Made by a program: the position numbers and the translations under genes. From the NCBI RefSeq assembly GCF_006345805.1, contig NC_043000.1, forward strand, positions 36,518,001 through 36,582,000: 64,000 nt of DNA, written 5' to 3'. Shown piece after piece: positions 11,337-23,160 of the stretch; within the stretch, counting starts at the first letter, position 1; each line of letters opens with the position of its first letter. Origin of the DNA: Octopus sinensis. Lineage: Eukaryota. The notes beneath the pieces were generated by a model that saw only the letters and a program-made list of their open reading frames with translations, searched no databases and was not told the origin of the DNA.

Positions 11337-11845
11337 CAGTTCTATATTTAAGAGATGAGGAAGTATGAACATTATTTACATTTGACGGATATTTGCCCTC
11401 ATCTTGTTTGTTGTTGACACAACATTTCGGCTGATATACCTTACAGCCTTCATCAGGTGTCTTGGGGAAATTTCGAACCTGGGTTCTCATTCCTAAGGTA
11501 TTTTTCGATGTTATTATTATTATTATTATTATTATCAATATTCAGGACACTACCTGGAATCGAATTCCGAATCTTGGGGTTAGTAGCCAGCGCTCTTCAC
11601 CACTACGCCACTACTGGCGTAATGGTTAAGAGCGAAGGCTACTAACCCCAAGATTTCGAGTTCGATTCCAGGCAGTGACCTGAACAGTAATAATAACATC
11701 AAAAAATATACCTTAGTAATGAGAACTCAGGTTCGAAATTTCCCCAAGACACCAGATGAAGGCAGGTGGGTATATCAGCCGAAATGTTGTGGTAACAACA
11801 AACAAGATAAGGACAAATATTCGTTAAACGTAAATAATGTAAACA
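11337..11845. mobile_element. Head-to-head pair of a tRNA-headed, hammerhead-bearing short repeat forming a ~240-bp-arm palindrome
   Basis: 11369-11610 is the imperfect reverse complement of 11615-11842, with a 4-nt centre (CTAC). The right arm has A-box TGGCGTAATGG, B-box GAGTTCGATTCC, a short TAA tract and then a hammerhead-like core. Confidence 0.8.
11416..11461 (-). ncRNA. Minimal type I hammerhead ribozyme motif (Penelope pseudo-LTR type)
   Basis: Minus strand reads GACAC-CUGAUGA-A-GGCUG-uaagguauau-CAGCC-GAAA-U-GUU-GUGUC. Helix I (GACAC/GUGUC) and helix II (GGCUG/CAGCC) pair perfectly. Other copies have GAAAC-GUU, giving palindromic AACGUU. Confidence 0.7.
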
Positions 11846-12148
11846 ATGAGCATATATGTTACTTTGTTAAATTCTTTTCTCATTAATTTTTCTATCGTTA
11901 AATCACAGTTTATGTGACTTTTATTTTGTTTCAGGCATTGGACAACGGCCATGCTAGGGCACTACTTTGAAGAAATTTTTAGTCGAATGATTTGACCCCA
12001 GTGCTTATGTTTTAAGCCCTGATACTTATTCCATCGGCCTCGTTTGCCGGACTACTACGTTACGGGAATGTGTACACACCAACACTGGTTGTCAAGCGAT
12101 GGTGAGAGACACACGCACGCGTGCACGGGCACACACACGCGTGCACGG

Positions 12149-12181
<33 letters not shown>

Positions 12182-12404
12182 TGACGGGCTCCTGATAGTT
12201 TACGCCTACTAAATTCGCTCAGAAGGCTTTAATCGGCTCGATGCTATAGTAGAAGATACTTGCCGAAGGTGACACTCAGTGGGACTGAACTTGGAAACGT
12301 GTGGTTCTTACTACACAGCAACACCTGCGTTTTTGCAGTGGAATTTTATTCTACTATTCAGAAACCAGCATTGAAATGTTAATATTCTTGTGGCTTAAGG
12401 GGGT

Positions 12405-12735
12405 GAAATGCTTAGCGGTTTTTCGTCTGCCGTTACGTTCTGAGTTCAAATTCCGCCGTGGTCGACTTTGTCTTTCATCCTTTCGGGGTCGATTAAATAA
12501 GTACCAGTTACGCACTGGGGTCAATATAATCGACTTAATCCGTTTGTCTGTCCTTTGCCCCCTTTGTGTTTAGCCCCTTGTGGGTAGTTAAGAAATAGGT
12601 ATTTTGTCTGTCTTTACTTTCTGCGTTCAAATTCCGCCGAGGTCGACTTTGCCTTTCAACCTTTCGGATTCGATAAATTAAGTACCAGTTAGGTACTCTG
12701 GTCGGTCTAATTGACTGGCCCACTCCCCTAAAATT
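12405..12735 (+). mobile_element. Abundant tRNA-derived SINE (family A), composite copy
   Basis: Consensus-like GTTCTGAGTTCAAATTCCGCCG(A/T)GGTCGACTTTG(C/T)CTTTCATCCTTT(T)CGGGGTCGAT; the same core recurs at many positions in the window. Confidence 0.85.
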
Positions 12736-13129
12736 TCGAGCAGTGGGTATTTTTATTCAGAATATGACCTACCCGATATACAGCATTATACACCCCCCAC
12801 ACACAAACACGCTCGCTCCGGAGTCTTATAAAATGTGCATGTCCTTCAGAAGTTTATACTACAAAGAAGGGTGTAAAAATTTAAATTCCCTAATGGTGCA
12901 TAAGTAACCCAAGTAAAGAGCAACTCAGCCTGTATATCTGACAACCAATGTCTTTTTTATGACGGCTTACACTGTTAAAAGAAAAACAAAAATAAAGGAC
13001 TTTTGCATGAAGTACTTCTCAATCTATGTCCGTCTGGAGCAAAAAGACTGAGTAGCCATGGACGGACTGTCGCGTTGATCAGAGTTATGTTTGGTATGGC
13101 CTGATGCTTAAGCAACAAGAATATACATT

Positions 13130-13612
13130 TCTTTATTGCCCACAGGGGGTTAAACATAGAGGGGACAAACATGAGCACACAAAGTGATTAAGTCGATAAC
13201 TGGTACTTATTGTCTTTTCTACTCTAGGCACAAGGCCCGAAATTTTTGGAAGGGAGCCAGTCGATTAGATCGACTCCAGTACGCAACTGATACTTTAATT
13301 TATCAACCCATAAAGGATGAAAGGCAAAGTCGACCTCGGCGGAATTTGAACTCAGAACGTAACGGCAGACGAGATACCAAGTTCTTTACTACCCACACGG
13401 GGCTACACACAGAGAGGACAAACAAGGACAGACAAACGGACTAAGTCGATTATATCGACCGCAGTGCATAACTGGTACTTATTTAATCGACCCTGAAAGG
13501 ATGAAAGGCAAAGTCGACCTCGCCGGAATTTGAACTGAGAACGTAGCGGCAGACGAAATACCGCAAAGCATTTCGGCCGGCGTGCTAACGTTTCTGCCAG
13601 CCCGCCGCCTTG
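13130..13612 (-). mobile_element. Family A SINE copies
   Basis: Reverse complement of the family A core and head (GGCAGAAACGTTAGCACGCCGG). Confidence 0.85.
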
Positions 13613-14626
13613 TTTCGTGCATAATATCAATAATATTAATCACTGGTAGAGACACCTTGTTCGATTAACAGCCATAATTTTTTTTTTTTTCTTTTTTGGC
13701 ATTTTTTTGTCTCGTGAGACAATGGAGTTGCGCATAAAATAATCCAGTCTTTTTTTTTACATTTCAACTGGCACGTTTTACAGCAGCACTGAAATGTCAT
13801 CTCCAGTTTCCTCTCCAGTCTTGCGCAGGCCTGGGCTAGATGTGAGAAAATCCTGGGTTGCTCAAACGTCAGGATTCCTCTCTCGACCTTCGTGACGTGG
13901 TCTAAAGGAGTGCAGAGCATTACGTTTGGCACCAGCTTGGTTGCAGGAGCTGCCGGAAAAGTATCGAGTCGAACACTAAACCGCCTACGAGGCTCCACTC
14001 GGGATTTCTTTGAAAGTTGTCTCCTTTCCGTAGCCCTGGATAGGGGCCCATACCGGGTACTGTTAGCTGGAACCAGCTGAGCCCGGGACTCGCATCAGGT
14101 AGGGTCGTCACTCTCTGAAGTAGTGAAGAGAATCTCTACCTACTACCATAACCATAATCTAGTGCAAAATATATTAAAGGCTTTCTAAATCAAACCGTGT
14201 CCTTCCGTTTCGTGTTAGCAGTGGAATTCAAGCACTTTTAAGAATATCATTTAGAAATAATTTGAAACTGATTTTTGTGGGTTTTTTTTCACTTTGGTTA
14301 AGATTGTTCGCGTGTTGTCACGTGTTGGCGATCAGTCATCTAACAGGCGATTGCGGCGGCGTTGCTAGGGTTGTTCACCTTCATATTTTCTATAGAGAGG
14401 TTGAATGAATTGCATTTCTTTAAATAGATTCTTTTATTTGTCTTACCGTTGGGCCTTCTCTGAGTGTCGAGAGAATTTCTATTTCAGTAAATCCACCGCA
14501 CCGTCATGTTTTTCATTAATGTTGCTACAGAAAGTATACGGGTTTCTTTTCTCTAAATATTTATCAATATTTCCACCTAATTAACTTTGAAGGACCCAAT
14601 TAACTTTGGAAAAGTTCTTTATATTT

Positions 14627-14799
14627 CAGTTCTATATTTAAGAGATGAGGAATTATGTACATTATTTATATTTGACAGATGCTTGTCCTCGTTTTGTTTG
14701 TTGTTAACACAACTTTTCGGCTGATATATCCTCCAGCTTTCTTCAGGTGTCATGGGGAAATTTCGAACCCGAGTTCTCATTCCTAAGGTATTTTTCGAC

Positions 14800-14831
<32 letters not shown>

Positions 14832-14972
14832 GATCGAAAAATACCTTAGGAATGAGAACCCAGGTTCGAAATTTCCCCAAGACACTTGATGAAGACCGGA
14901 GGGTATATCAGCCGAAACGTTGTGTTAACAACAAATAAGATGAGGACAAATATCCGTCGAATGTAAATAACT
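14627..14972. mobile_element. Inverted pair of the hammerhead-bearing repeat around an (AAT)n spacer
   Basis: The arm ending TTTTTCGA (~14798) and the arm starting TCGAAAAA (14834) are reverse complements over ~140 bp. Degenerate hammerhead cores at 14881-14926 (+) and ~14706-14751 (-). Confidence 0.85.
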
Positions 14973-15426
14973 TTCTTTGTATTTATTTATCTTTTCTCTT
15001 TTACTTGTTTCAATCATCGGACTGCGACCATGCTGGGGCACTGCACTGAAGAATTTTAGTCAAAAAGATCCAGCCCACGATCTATCCTATCGGTCCCTTT
15101 CGCTGAACCGATAAGTTACGGGTACGTAAACACACCAACACCGTTTGTCAAGTGGTGGTTGTGGACAAACACAGACACAAAACATAAAGACATATTTAAA
15201 TAGATAAGACTTACTTTAGTCTTCTGTCTACCAAATCCAACCATGCTTTGGTTGAAGAAACACCTGGCCAAAGTGCCACTCAGTGGAACCGAACCTGTAA
15301 CCATGTGGTTGGGAAGCAGAAAGTCACGCCTGAAACTGTTAATAATACATGCATGTTAATACAGAATTACCTGTGTAAATATCAACGAGACGCTCTCGGG
15401 ATAACCAAACTTTCTTTCGGGTGTCT

Positions 15427-16261
15427 ATGGGAAGCGAGGGAATCAAGGCCGCTGGGTGGGCACGAGTTGTGGAGGCTCAACGTGGAAACGATTCCATAAT
15501 TCGATCTTTGGTGAATTCGTAAGGCGAGTTGATAAACGAACCCGAGGAGATGCGTCGGAGTCTTTAGGAGCACTTTGCCCAGCTTTTCGGTGGTGGGGAG
15601 GGATGAAGCAGATAGGAGGACAGACCATACGAACTTCCTTGCCGGGCTGCTGAGACTCTCGGGGCAGGATGCGAAGATCTGTGAGGAATCGATCTCACCT
15701 GGGGAAGTGATTGAGATCAAAGCTGACTGCGGCAGTGGTACGGCGCCGGGACTTGATGGTCTACCTTATGAGCTATATGAAAGTATGCCAGACTTGTTCG
15801 GACACATACTGGCTAGCGTTTGCGCGAAGTGGCAACAGAACGGGTGGATTTCCAGATCTGTGTGCCGGGAGTGGTGACGCTGGTCAGGAAGGACCCGGAC
15901 AAGGGGGTAGGATAGACAATTTTAGGCCCATCACTCTGCTGAACGCAGATATGAAGATTTTGGCCAAGGTGCTAGCAAAAAGATGGGCGCGTGTAGCACG
16001 TATGTTGGGAGGGAAAAGCCCTGCGTGAGCACATCATAGACATTACCAAAGGTGTCAGTAGAGAAGGCAGGGCTCGTGGGGTGGGAGCATACTTTTCTTT
16101 TAAACCCCTTATTTTCTTTCATTGTATATAATTGTCTTTTGTGCCCAATTTCGTTTTTCATTTTGTCATTTTAAATTTTTACTCTCATTTGTTGTATATG
16201 ACCCCCAGGTCATATTGTATTGTCCCCTCTATGTGCTCCTATAATAGGCAATAAAAACAAG
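15427..16261 (+). mobile_element. 5'-truncated, internally deleted L1/Tx1-like LINE (N-terminal RT region joined to the 3' UTR)
   Basis: APGLDGLPYELY and NFRPITLLNADMKILAKVLAKR motifs; tail ends AATAAAAACAAG. Flanked by a 20-bp repeat with 2 mismatches (15407-15426 and 16262-16281). Confidence 0.85.
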
Positions 16262-17230
16262 AAACGTTCTGTCGGGTGTCTTAGAGTATTATTGCGGGTA
16301 CCGTCCACGTCACAGAAGCAAATTAGCTTTTGCAGACTTTCAGGCATCTTTGTAATCTATTTCATTCTAGTCATACACACAAACACACTCGTGCACGCGC
16401 ATGCACAAGTGCGCACACTCGTGTTTGTGTTTATTTTTCAGTGAAAAAGTTGTAGTACCCATGTACCATTATAGGATCTCTCAGACATGTCGGAGAAAGA
16501 GAGGGAAATATTCTCAATTCCAAAACTTGTCAGTGTTCTCCGTAGATGAAGAATTTTCGATGCTAATGCCTAATTGTCTTTGGAGTCGCGAGGTTTAAGC
16601 ACCGTCGGACAGTTGCAGATAATGACTTTCGACTTCTGTTCTTTATTCTAATCAATTATATTTGATCCTCTCCTACTTTTCTCATATGACACTTCAAATT
16701 CGGCTGTCAATCTCTTTGGCAGCCTAATTTAACGACATGCGATTCCAACTGGCCTATCATATTCCAACTGCGATTCCAACTGGCCCACTTCCATATTAAA
16801 ACTGTTCGTATTCCTGGCTTTGAATGTTTATATGTGACAGCATATCAATTTACTCACCTACATGCATTAAGGCGGCGCCAGAGGAGTCAAGAGATGTAAT
16901 GCATTGCATAAACTTATAGATTTTGCACGTCCTACAAAGATGCATGTGCGATACTATAACTTACAAAATCTCTTACGCAAACATTATAGCGAGAGCATTT
17001 AATCCATTCGTCTATTTTAATTTTATTTTATTATTATATTACACCATGCAGAATGTTCCATTCTACTTTGGCTAGTTATAGTTTTGTAGATTACTAGTAA
17101 ACTGCCCTTCATTGGTGACCGATTAACTAATGGAATGAGTTTGTTGATTTGTGTGTTACTGTCTAGTCATCAAGTGTAGTGTGATTCATATTGATCTGTC
17201 TCAATTTTTAAATAGATCCCCTTCACTCAA

Positions 17231-17256
17231 TGTCTGTCTGTCTGTCTGTCTGTCTG

Positions 17257-17291
<35 letters not shown>

Positions 17292-18272
17292 GTCTGTCTC
17301 TGTCTGTCTGTCTCTGTCTGTCTGTCTCTGTCTGTCTCTGTCTGTCTGTCTCTGTCTGTCTGTCTGTCTGTCTCTGTCTGTCTGTCTCTGTCTGTCTGTC
17401 TCTGTCTGTCTTTCTGTCTGTCTCTGTCTGTCTTTCTGTCTGTCTCTGTCTGTCTGTCTTTCTCTCTGTCTCTGTCTGTCTGTCTTTCTCTCTGTCTGTC
17501 TGTCTTTCTCTCTGTCTGTCTCTGTCTGTCTGTCTTTCTCTCTGTCTGTCTCTGTCTGTCTGTCTTTCTCTCTGTCTGTCTCTGTCTGTCTGTCTTTCTC
17601 TCTGTCTGTCTCTGTCTGTCTGTCTTTCTCTCTGTCTGTCTCTGTCTGTCTGTCTTTCTCTCTGTCTGTCTCTGTCTGTCTGTCTTTCTCTCTGTCTCTG
17701 TCTGTCTGTCTTTCTCTCTGTCTGTCTCTGTCTGTCTGTCTGTCTTTCTGTCTGTCTCTGTCTGTCTGTCTTTCTCTCTGTCTTTCTCTCTGTCTGTCTG
17801 TCTTTCTCTCTGTCTGTCTGTCTTTCTCTCTGTCTGTCTCTGTCTGTCTGTCTTTCTCTCTGTCTGTCTCTGTCTGTCTGTCTTTCTCTCTGTCTGTCTT
17901 TCTCTCTGTCTTTCTCTCTGTCTTTCTCTCTGTCTTTCTCTCTGTCTGTCTTTCTCTCTGTCTTTCTCTCTGTCTGTCTTTCTCTCTGTCTTTCTCTCTG
18001 TCTGTCTTTCTCTCTGTCTTTCTTTCTCTCTGTCTTTCTTTCTCTCTATCTTTCTCTCTATTTTTCTTTCTGTCTATCTTTCTCTCTATCTATCTTTCTC
18101 TCTATCTGTCTATTTTTCTGTCTGTCTATCTTTCTCTCTATCTATCTTTCTCTCTATCTGTCTATTTTTCTGTCTGTCTATCTTTCTCTCTATCTATCTT
18201 TCTCTCTATCTGTCTATTTTTCTGTCTGTCTATCTTTCTCTCTATCTATCTTTCTCTCTATCTGTCTATTTT

Positions 18273-18306
<34 letters not shown>
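17231..18306. repeat. Compound (TCTG)n/(TC)n microsatellite with ~28-bp higher-order units
   Basis: Direct reading; it is the source of the artefactual SVCL-rich ORFs. Confidence 0.97.
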
Positions 18307-18307
<1 letters not shown>

Positions 18308-19167
18308 TCTTTCTTCAGTTATGGGACTGTGGCCATGCTGTGGCTCTGCCTCAAAGGGGTGAGTAAAGAAAATCGATCACGGCACTTATTTTTAAAGTCT
18401 GATACTTATTCTGTTGGTTTCCCCTGCCAAACTGCTAAGTTACTGGGACGTAAGCGAACCAACACCGGTTTTCAAGCGGTAAGGAGACACACACATTGTC
18501 TGTGTGTGTTTGTGTGTGTGTGTGTGTGTGTCACTGGCTTCTTTCACAGTTTCCGTCTAGCAAATTCACTCATAAATCAATGATTGGCTCTGATCCACAG
18601 CCGTTAATATTTGTACAAATTGCCGCAAACTGTTATTGAACCCGAAGTCGCGTGACTGCAAAAGGGTGGGCGTTTTAACCACTCAGTCATACTTGTGCCA
18701 AGCATACAGCTGGAGATAAGTAGATAGATAGATGCACGCACGCATGCACACACATCTATAAACAGAGAAAGGAAATGCGACAGTTGTACATTACACGAAT
18801 ATTTTTCTACTATAGACGCACGACCTAAAATCTTGTGGGGAAGGGCTAAGACAATTACATCGACCCCACAAATAATGACAGCAAAGTCAATCGCGTCGGG
18901 ATTTGAACTCAAAACACCAAGAAGGGCGAAATGCCGCTAAGCATTTTCTCCGGCTTGCCAACCATTCTGCCAGCGCGCAGCCTCATATTGCATGAATAAT
19001 ATTCGAAACTTCTACAGGTCTTATCAATGAATCGAAAGCCGATCGCAAGTTTTGTATGTCAGAAACATAATTCCGCCTGGTAATGGTGATAGCGTAATCA
19101 TACAATAGTTTTTATTGATGAGAGAAATTTATAATAATACTAACGCTACGGCACTTTACCACATATT

Positions 19168-19233
<66 letters not shown>

Positions 19234-19362
19234 ACTCACTCACTCACTCACTCACTCACTCAAGTGCGTGTGATATTTTTAAAGGCGGTGCTTCAGCATG
19301 GCCACACTCAAATGACTGAAGCAAGTAAAAGAATATGAGTAAGGCAGCGAGTTGGCAGAAAC

Positions 19363-20539
19363 TCTATCACACTTCCTAGTGTTTCTCAAGGTGTACGAGA
19401 GTAATTTTTGACGGTATTTTCATAGTGTCGGCATCGTTTCGATTTTGTATCAGTGTTTTAAACACTCCGTTAATTGTTTTTGTGCTTCTTTGTAGCAATT
19501 TGTTCTTTCTCTCTTATTTTGAGCAGAATTAGCTATGGAGAGAAAGATAGCTATGTTTTTAGGGGTCTGAACTATCGGCATCAGAAGAACTGCTTAGAGC
19601 AGTATGAGAAATGGATGAAATAATTAAGAAAGATGAAAAGAAGAAAAACTTCGCGGAAGTGACAAGACAGGAGGAATAGGAGATTGACATCAAGAGAATC
19701 AGTAATTTAAAAACATTTACCTGTTTAGAAGGGTACAACGTGGCGTTGTCCCCTCCAAAGGAAATGCTGGAAGGTATCAGTAAGAAAGCAGTTACATAAA
19801 ACATTCTCAACGAAAGCAGGCAAGATTGAAAGCATAAATACAAGTCAAATAGAAAAAGCACTAAGGCTCATGTGGCAGGATATAATCTTTGTAAGGAGAG
19901 GAACGAGATTTGGTATAGTGGAAGTGAGGTTCGCAAAAGAACAAAAGGCAAAGAAACAGGTAGTAAAGACAATAATGGACAAAAAAGTGGTGTTGTTGCC
20001 CACTTATATGAGCAGAAGGGCAACTAGTATTAAAGTTGAAGGTATTCCACCCGAAATAGACATGGCCTGGGTAGCGGCCGCAGTCCTCAAAGGAAGTGAG
20101 GTCGATATAGCGTTGCTCCAGGCCACGTCAACCATATGCGAGATGTGGAGGGGTAAGACACTCGAGATGAACGTGCATACATCAGCAGAAACCTTGAAAA
20201 AGATAGCAGAGACGGTCTTGCTTGATGAAGCAGAGATGAGGGTCAAGATAGAGGGCAGAGTCCCAAGATGCTACAAATGGGTCACATTAGAGTGGACTGT
20301 CCTTCATCGTCCGAGAAAAAAGCGGAAGAACAGTCAAAGAAAGCAGAGGAACGTGCAGAAATACTAGATAAAGAGAAACTACCAGAAGAAGCAGCATGGA
20401 AAGTGGTAGGCGGAAAGAAAAGGAAGAAGGAATTCGGAACCCTAACCCACACCCACCTTACCCATACCTTCTCAGAACCTCCCTTCTCCTACATACATCA
20501 AGCCCACCTATTCCCGCGACAAGTAAACAAAAAAAAAAA

Positions 20540-20572
<33 letters not shown>

Positions 20573-21047
20573 GAGATCTCAAACAAAAAACATATTTGCA
20601 GTAGCGAAGATTGACGATTCAAACGAGAATTTGGTTGAAGAAATTCTGGAATGGGATGACTGTAAGGGGATAGGAACTGAAGGGTTTGATAATGTTAAGA
20701 GGTGGCACCGTTGTGTTCTCAGATGGAGAGCGTACTGAAACATAAAACTGGATATAGTGGTTGAAGATAGACAGATAGAAAGGAGCTACTGGAATATTCG
20801 ACTTACGAGGAGTTGCTACAACTATATGGACAAGACATACTAGAAAGAACGATGTATAATAAGGTAATAAAGGGTAAAAATGGGGTCTCTCGGAAGTGGG
20901 ACTGATTTTACCATTCCATTTTTTTCATTTTCATGTTTATCATTCATCTTTGTCATATATTTGGGTTTATGATTCGTCGTTTTGTGTCACCAGGTGTGAT
21001 TTGCTGTCACCTCTATATTGGTGTCCTGGTGGCCAATAAAAAACCCA
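19363..21047 (+). mobile_element. Second, diverged ORF1-only L1/Tx1-like element (decayed), inserted in a family A SINE head
   Basis: FGIVEVRFAKEQKA and SIKVEGIPPEIDMAWVAAAV align with ORF 1320-2735; knuckle remnant CYK/MGHIRVDC. Tail ends AATAAAAAACCCA. AGAAAC occurs at 19357-19362 and 21048-21053; the SINE head starts at ~19341 and resumes at 21054. Confidence 0.85.
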
Positions 21048-21244
21048 AGAAACGTTAGCACACCGGGCGAAATGCTTAGCGGCGTTTCGTCTGTCTTTAC
21101 ATTCTGAGTTCAAATTCCGCCGAAGTCGACTTTACCTTTCATCCTTTCGGGGTCGATAAATTCAGTACCAGCTATGTACTGGGGACGATCTAATCGACTG
21201 ACACCCTCCCCCAAAATTTCGGGTCTAATGCCTACAGTACAAAG

Positions 21245-21279
<35 letters not shown>

Positions 21280-22770
21280 TAGTGAGAGAGAGAGAGAATA
21301 TAAGAGTGGATGACGATAATAGCTGCGATAGACTGACAGATAATTATGAAGGCAGCACACGTTCGTTATTGTACATTTACGTTTAAATAGAATTATGGTT
21401 GAATTAGATCAACCTAGTTTGCTTGCGGCCGCTTATTTTTAGAAAGTCCCAGAACGATATAAAATTAAGTTTAATGGTTAGTAATATCGAACTGTAAAGT
21501 TAGTGAATTGGCAAATTCATAAACACAACAGCAATAATTGAGCTAACATCTCGTCATACAAAGCACAACATGAAGTAGAACTACAGGGGGTAGCAATTAT
21601 TTGGCTTTTAATGTTAATTGCTTTCACGCCTGGAAATTCTCAAAGACAGACGTTTGTGAGTCATTGTATTAGCTTTGACGTCATTGACGCTTTTGAAGTG
21701 GTAAATATTTTATCACTAAAGCTATTGACAAAGCTGCTACCTTCTCTGGCGATGAGACGAGACAAGCAATTAGGTTTCGACAACTTATTAGACAATGGTG
21801 AACATATTAAGGTGAGGAACTTCATACTTTTGTTAAAATATACCTGCAAGAGAAAAAGAGACATCAAGAGCAAGTGGCGGTGTGTGATACAAATGCATAA
21901 AATGACGTTGAGAATAAACAAAAACCGAAAAGCTACGAGTAGAATTAAGTATTTTCAGCAATATTTTACGGATTACTGATGCGCCTAACCTCATTAGAAC
22001 GATAAGATGGCCTTTCAAGTAAATAGCGAGGGTCTCTTTGCTTTGAGCCTGAAACAACATTCTATGGACTTCGGTTAAACTGATGGAAAGTTTTATGAAG
22101 GAAACCAATGAGAAATAGAACAGAAGAGAACTTGGAAGAGAAATTAATTGGTAATTGAAAAACTAAAAGGAAAGCTAATGGTCTAAAGTTGCATTGAAAC
22201 ATACCTCATCACCGCCCGAGACCATGACATGTAACGAGTTGTATCAAATGGTTTTCTTCGAAATGTAAACACCACTGAAAGAAAAGGAATTAAGTGTTGT
22301 GTGTGTGTATACACACATACATGTATGTATTGTGTGCGTGTTCCGTCATTAGTCTTCCTATATAGATATATGCACACACAAAATCCATTCGGTCCTTGGT
22401 CTCATATAATCACTGGAAGAATCATTTCTCCGTCTGTGTGGTCATTTGGTCAATTAGAAATAGCAGCCAGATATCTCTTATATCAAATCAATCGTCTTAG
22501 CCACAGTTTAGTTTTTGCTTAGAACTTATTTTTGTAATTGAACTAGCATGTTTAGTGCTAGAAAATATCTGACAATTGGAGCGTTTGATGATTGATGATC
22601 AGGGGCTAACGAATAACAAAGGAACATATACATACATTCATATATAATATTAGTGTTCTTTCCAACGAAATATATAGAACTCCTTAAGAAGTGCTCCGGT
22701 CGAACTCGGGACAAGGGATAAGAATTATGATATCAACTCAAATTAGGCAATCCGATTATCATACCCCGCC

Positions 22771-22834
<64 letters not shown>

Positions 22835-22841
<7 letters not shown>

Positions 22842-23160
22842 CATTGATTAGTCGGGTTCACAATCACGAGGCAATTAGTTCGATTCCCGGACTGGGCTGT
22901 GTTGCGTTCTTGAGCAAGTCATTATTTCACGTTGCTCCAGTTAACTCAGCTGAGGAAATGAGTTGCGACATCACTGGTTCTAAGCTGTATCGGTCCCTTT
23001 CCCTTGGACAACATCGTTAGCATGGCGAGGGGAGGCTGGTACGCATGGGTAACTGCTGGTCTTTCATAAACAACATTGTTCGGACTTGTGTCTCGTGGAG
23101 GGGGGGGGGGCACTTTCTATGTACAATCTCATGGACATTCATAACCGAAGGGGTCCATGA
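22835..23160 (+). mobile_element. tRNA-derived SINE with a conserved central core (family distinct from A)
   Basis: B-box-like GTTCGATTCCCGG followed by CTTGAGCAAGTCATTATTTCACGTTGCTCCAGTTAACTCAGCTG. Related copies lie near 9330, 37890-38180 (-) and 59600-59860 (-). Confidence 0.6.

Noticed and set aside
11615-11685. Functional tRNA gene
   Set aside because: A and B boxes are present, but the acceptor, D and T stems pair poorly and the sequence is embedded in a repeat; treated as a SINE head.
14200-14620. CpG-containing segment that might be a transposon end or promoter
   Set aside because: No terminal repeat, TSD or coding signal found.
17151-18366. 403- and 378-aa ORFs
   Set aside because: Translations of a TCTG/TC microsatellite that cannot contain stops.
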